From Callorhinchus milii (taxonomy: Eukaryota), in the NCBI RefSeq assembly GCF_018977255.1, contig NW_024704743.1, positions 54,872,001-54,936,000 on the forward strand: a stretch of DNA of 64,000 bases. Reading direction: 5' to 3'. The notes beneath the pieces were generated by a model. The model saw nothing but the letters and a program-made list of their open reading frames with translations, searched no databases and was not told where the DNA came from. Below are positions 63,891 through 64,000 of this stretch, in pieces (the first letter of the stretch is position 1; each line of letters begins with the position of its first letter). A program made the position numbers and the translations under genes.

Positions 63891-64000
63891 TGCAAATTTA
63901 TTTTAATGCTATTACTTCAAAATGTTTATTTTCTCCAGCTACAATATTGAAGCCATTTCTTCCTTGTTTTCAAGATGATGCTTGACAAAGAAGATTCAAT

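Noticed and set aside
1..64000. Prokaryotic systems (CRISPR array, operons, defence loci)
   Set aside because: Spliced vertebrate gene and vertebrate repeats throughout; no regularly spaced repeat-spacer array seen

Overview
Vertebrate genomic DNA, most likely from a cartilaginous fish (probably a chimaera; inferred from SINE, CR1 and Penelope-derived repeat types). Bases 1-18191 (+) hold the last 14 coding exons of SNX13 (end of RGS, PX and PXC domains), and the 3' UTR runs to about 19.9 kb. One exon is 1 nt short (frameshift or assembly error), and a 33-nt alternative acceptor matching the human long isoform is present. The remaining ~44 kb is repeat-rich intergenic DNA. It contains tRNA-Ala-derived SINEs, Deu-domain SINEs, CR1 and L2 LINE fragments, and a nested cluster of Helitron Rep/helicase, internally deleted CR1 and hAT transposase remnants. 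Two TSD-flanked palindromic elements carry minimal hammerhead-ribozyme cores (Penelope pLTR-like). There is also a ~1.3-kb tandem duplication, several template-switch hairpins, and two decayed annexin exons on the minus strand. Homology calls rest on recalled motifs; no search was run.
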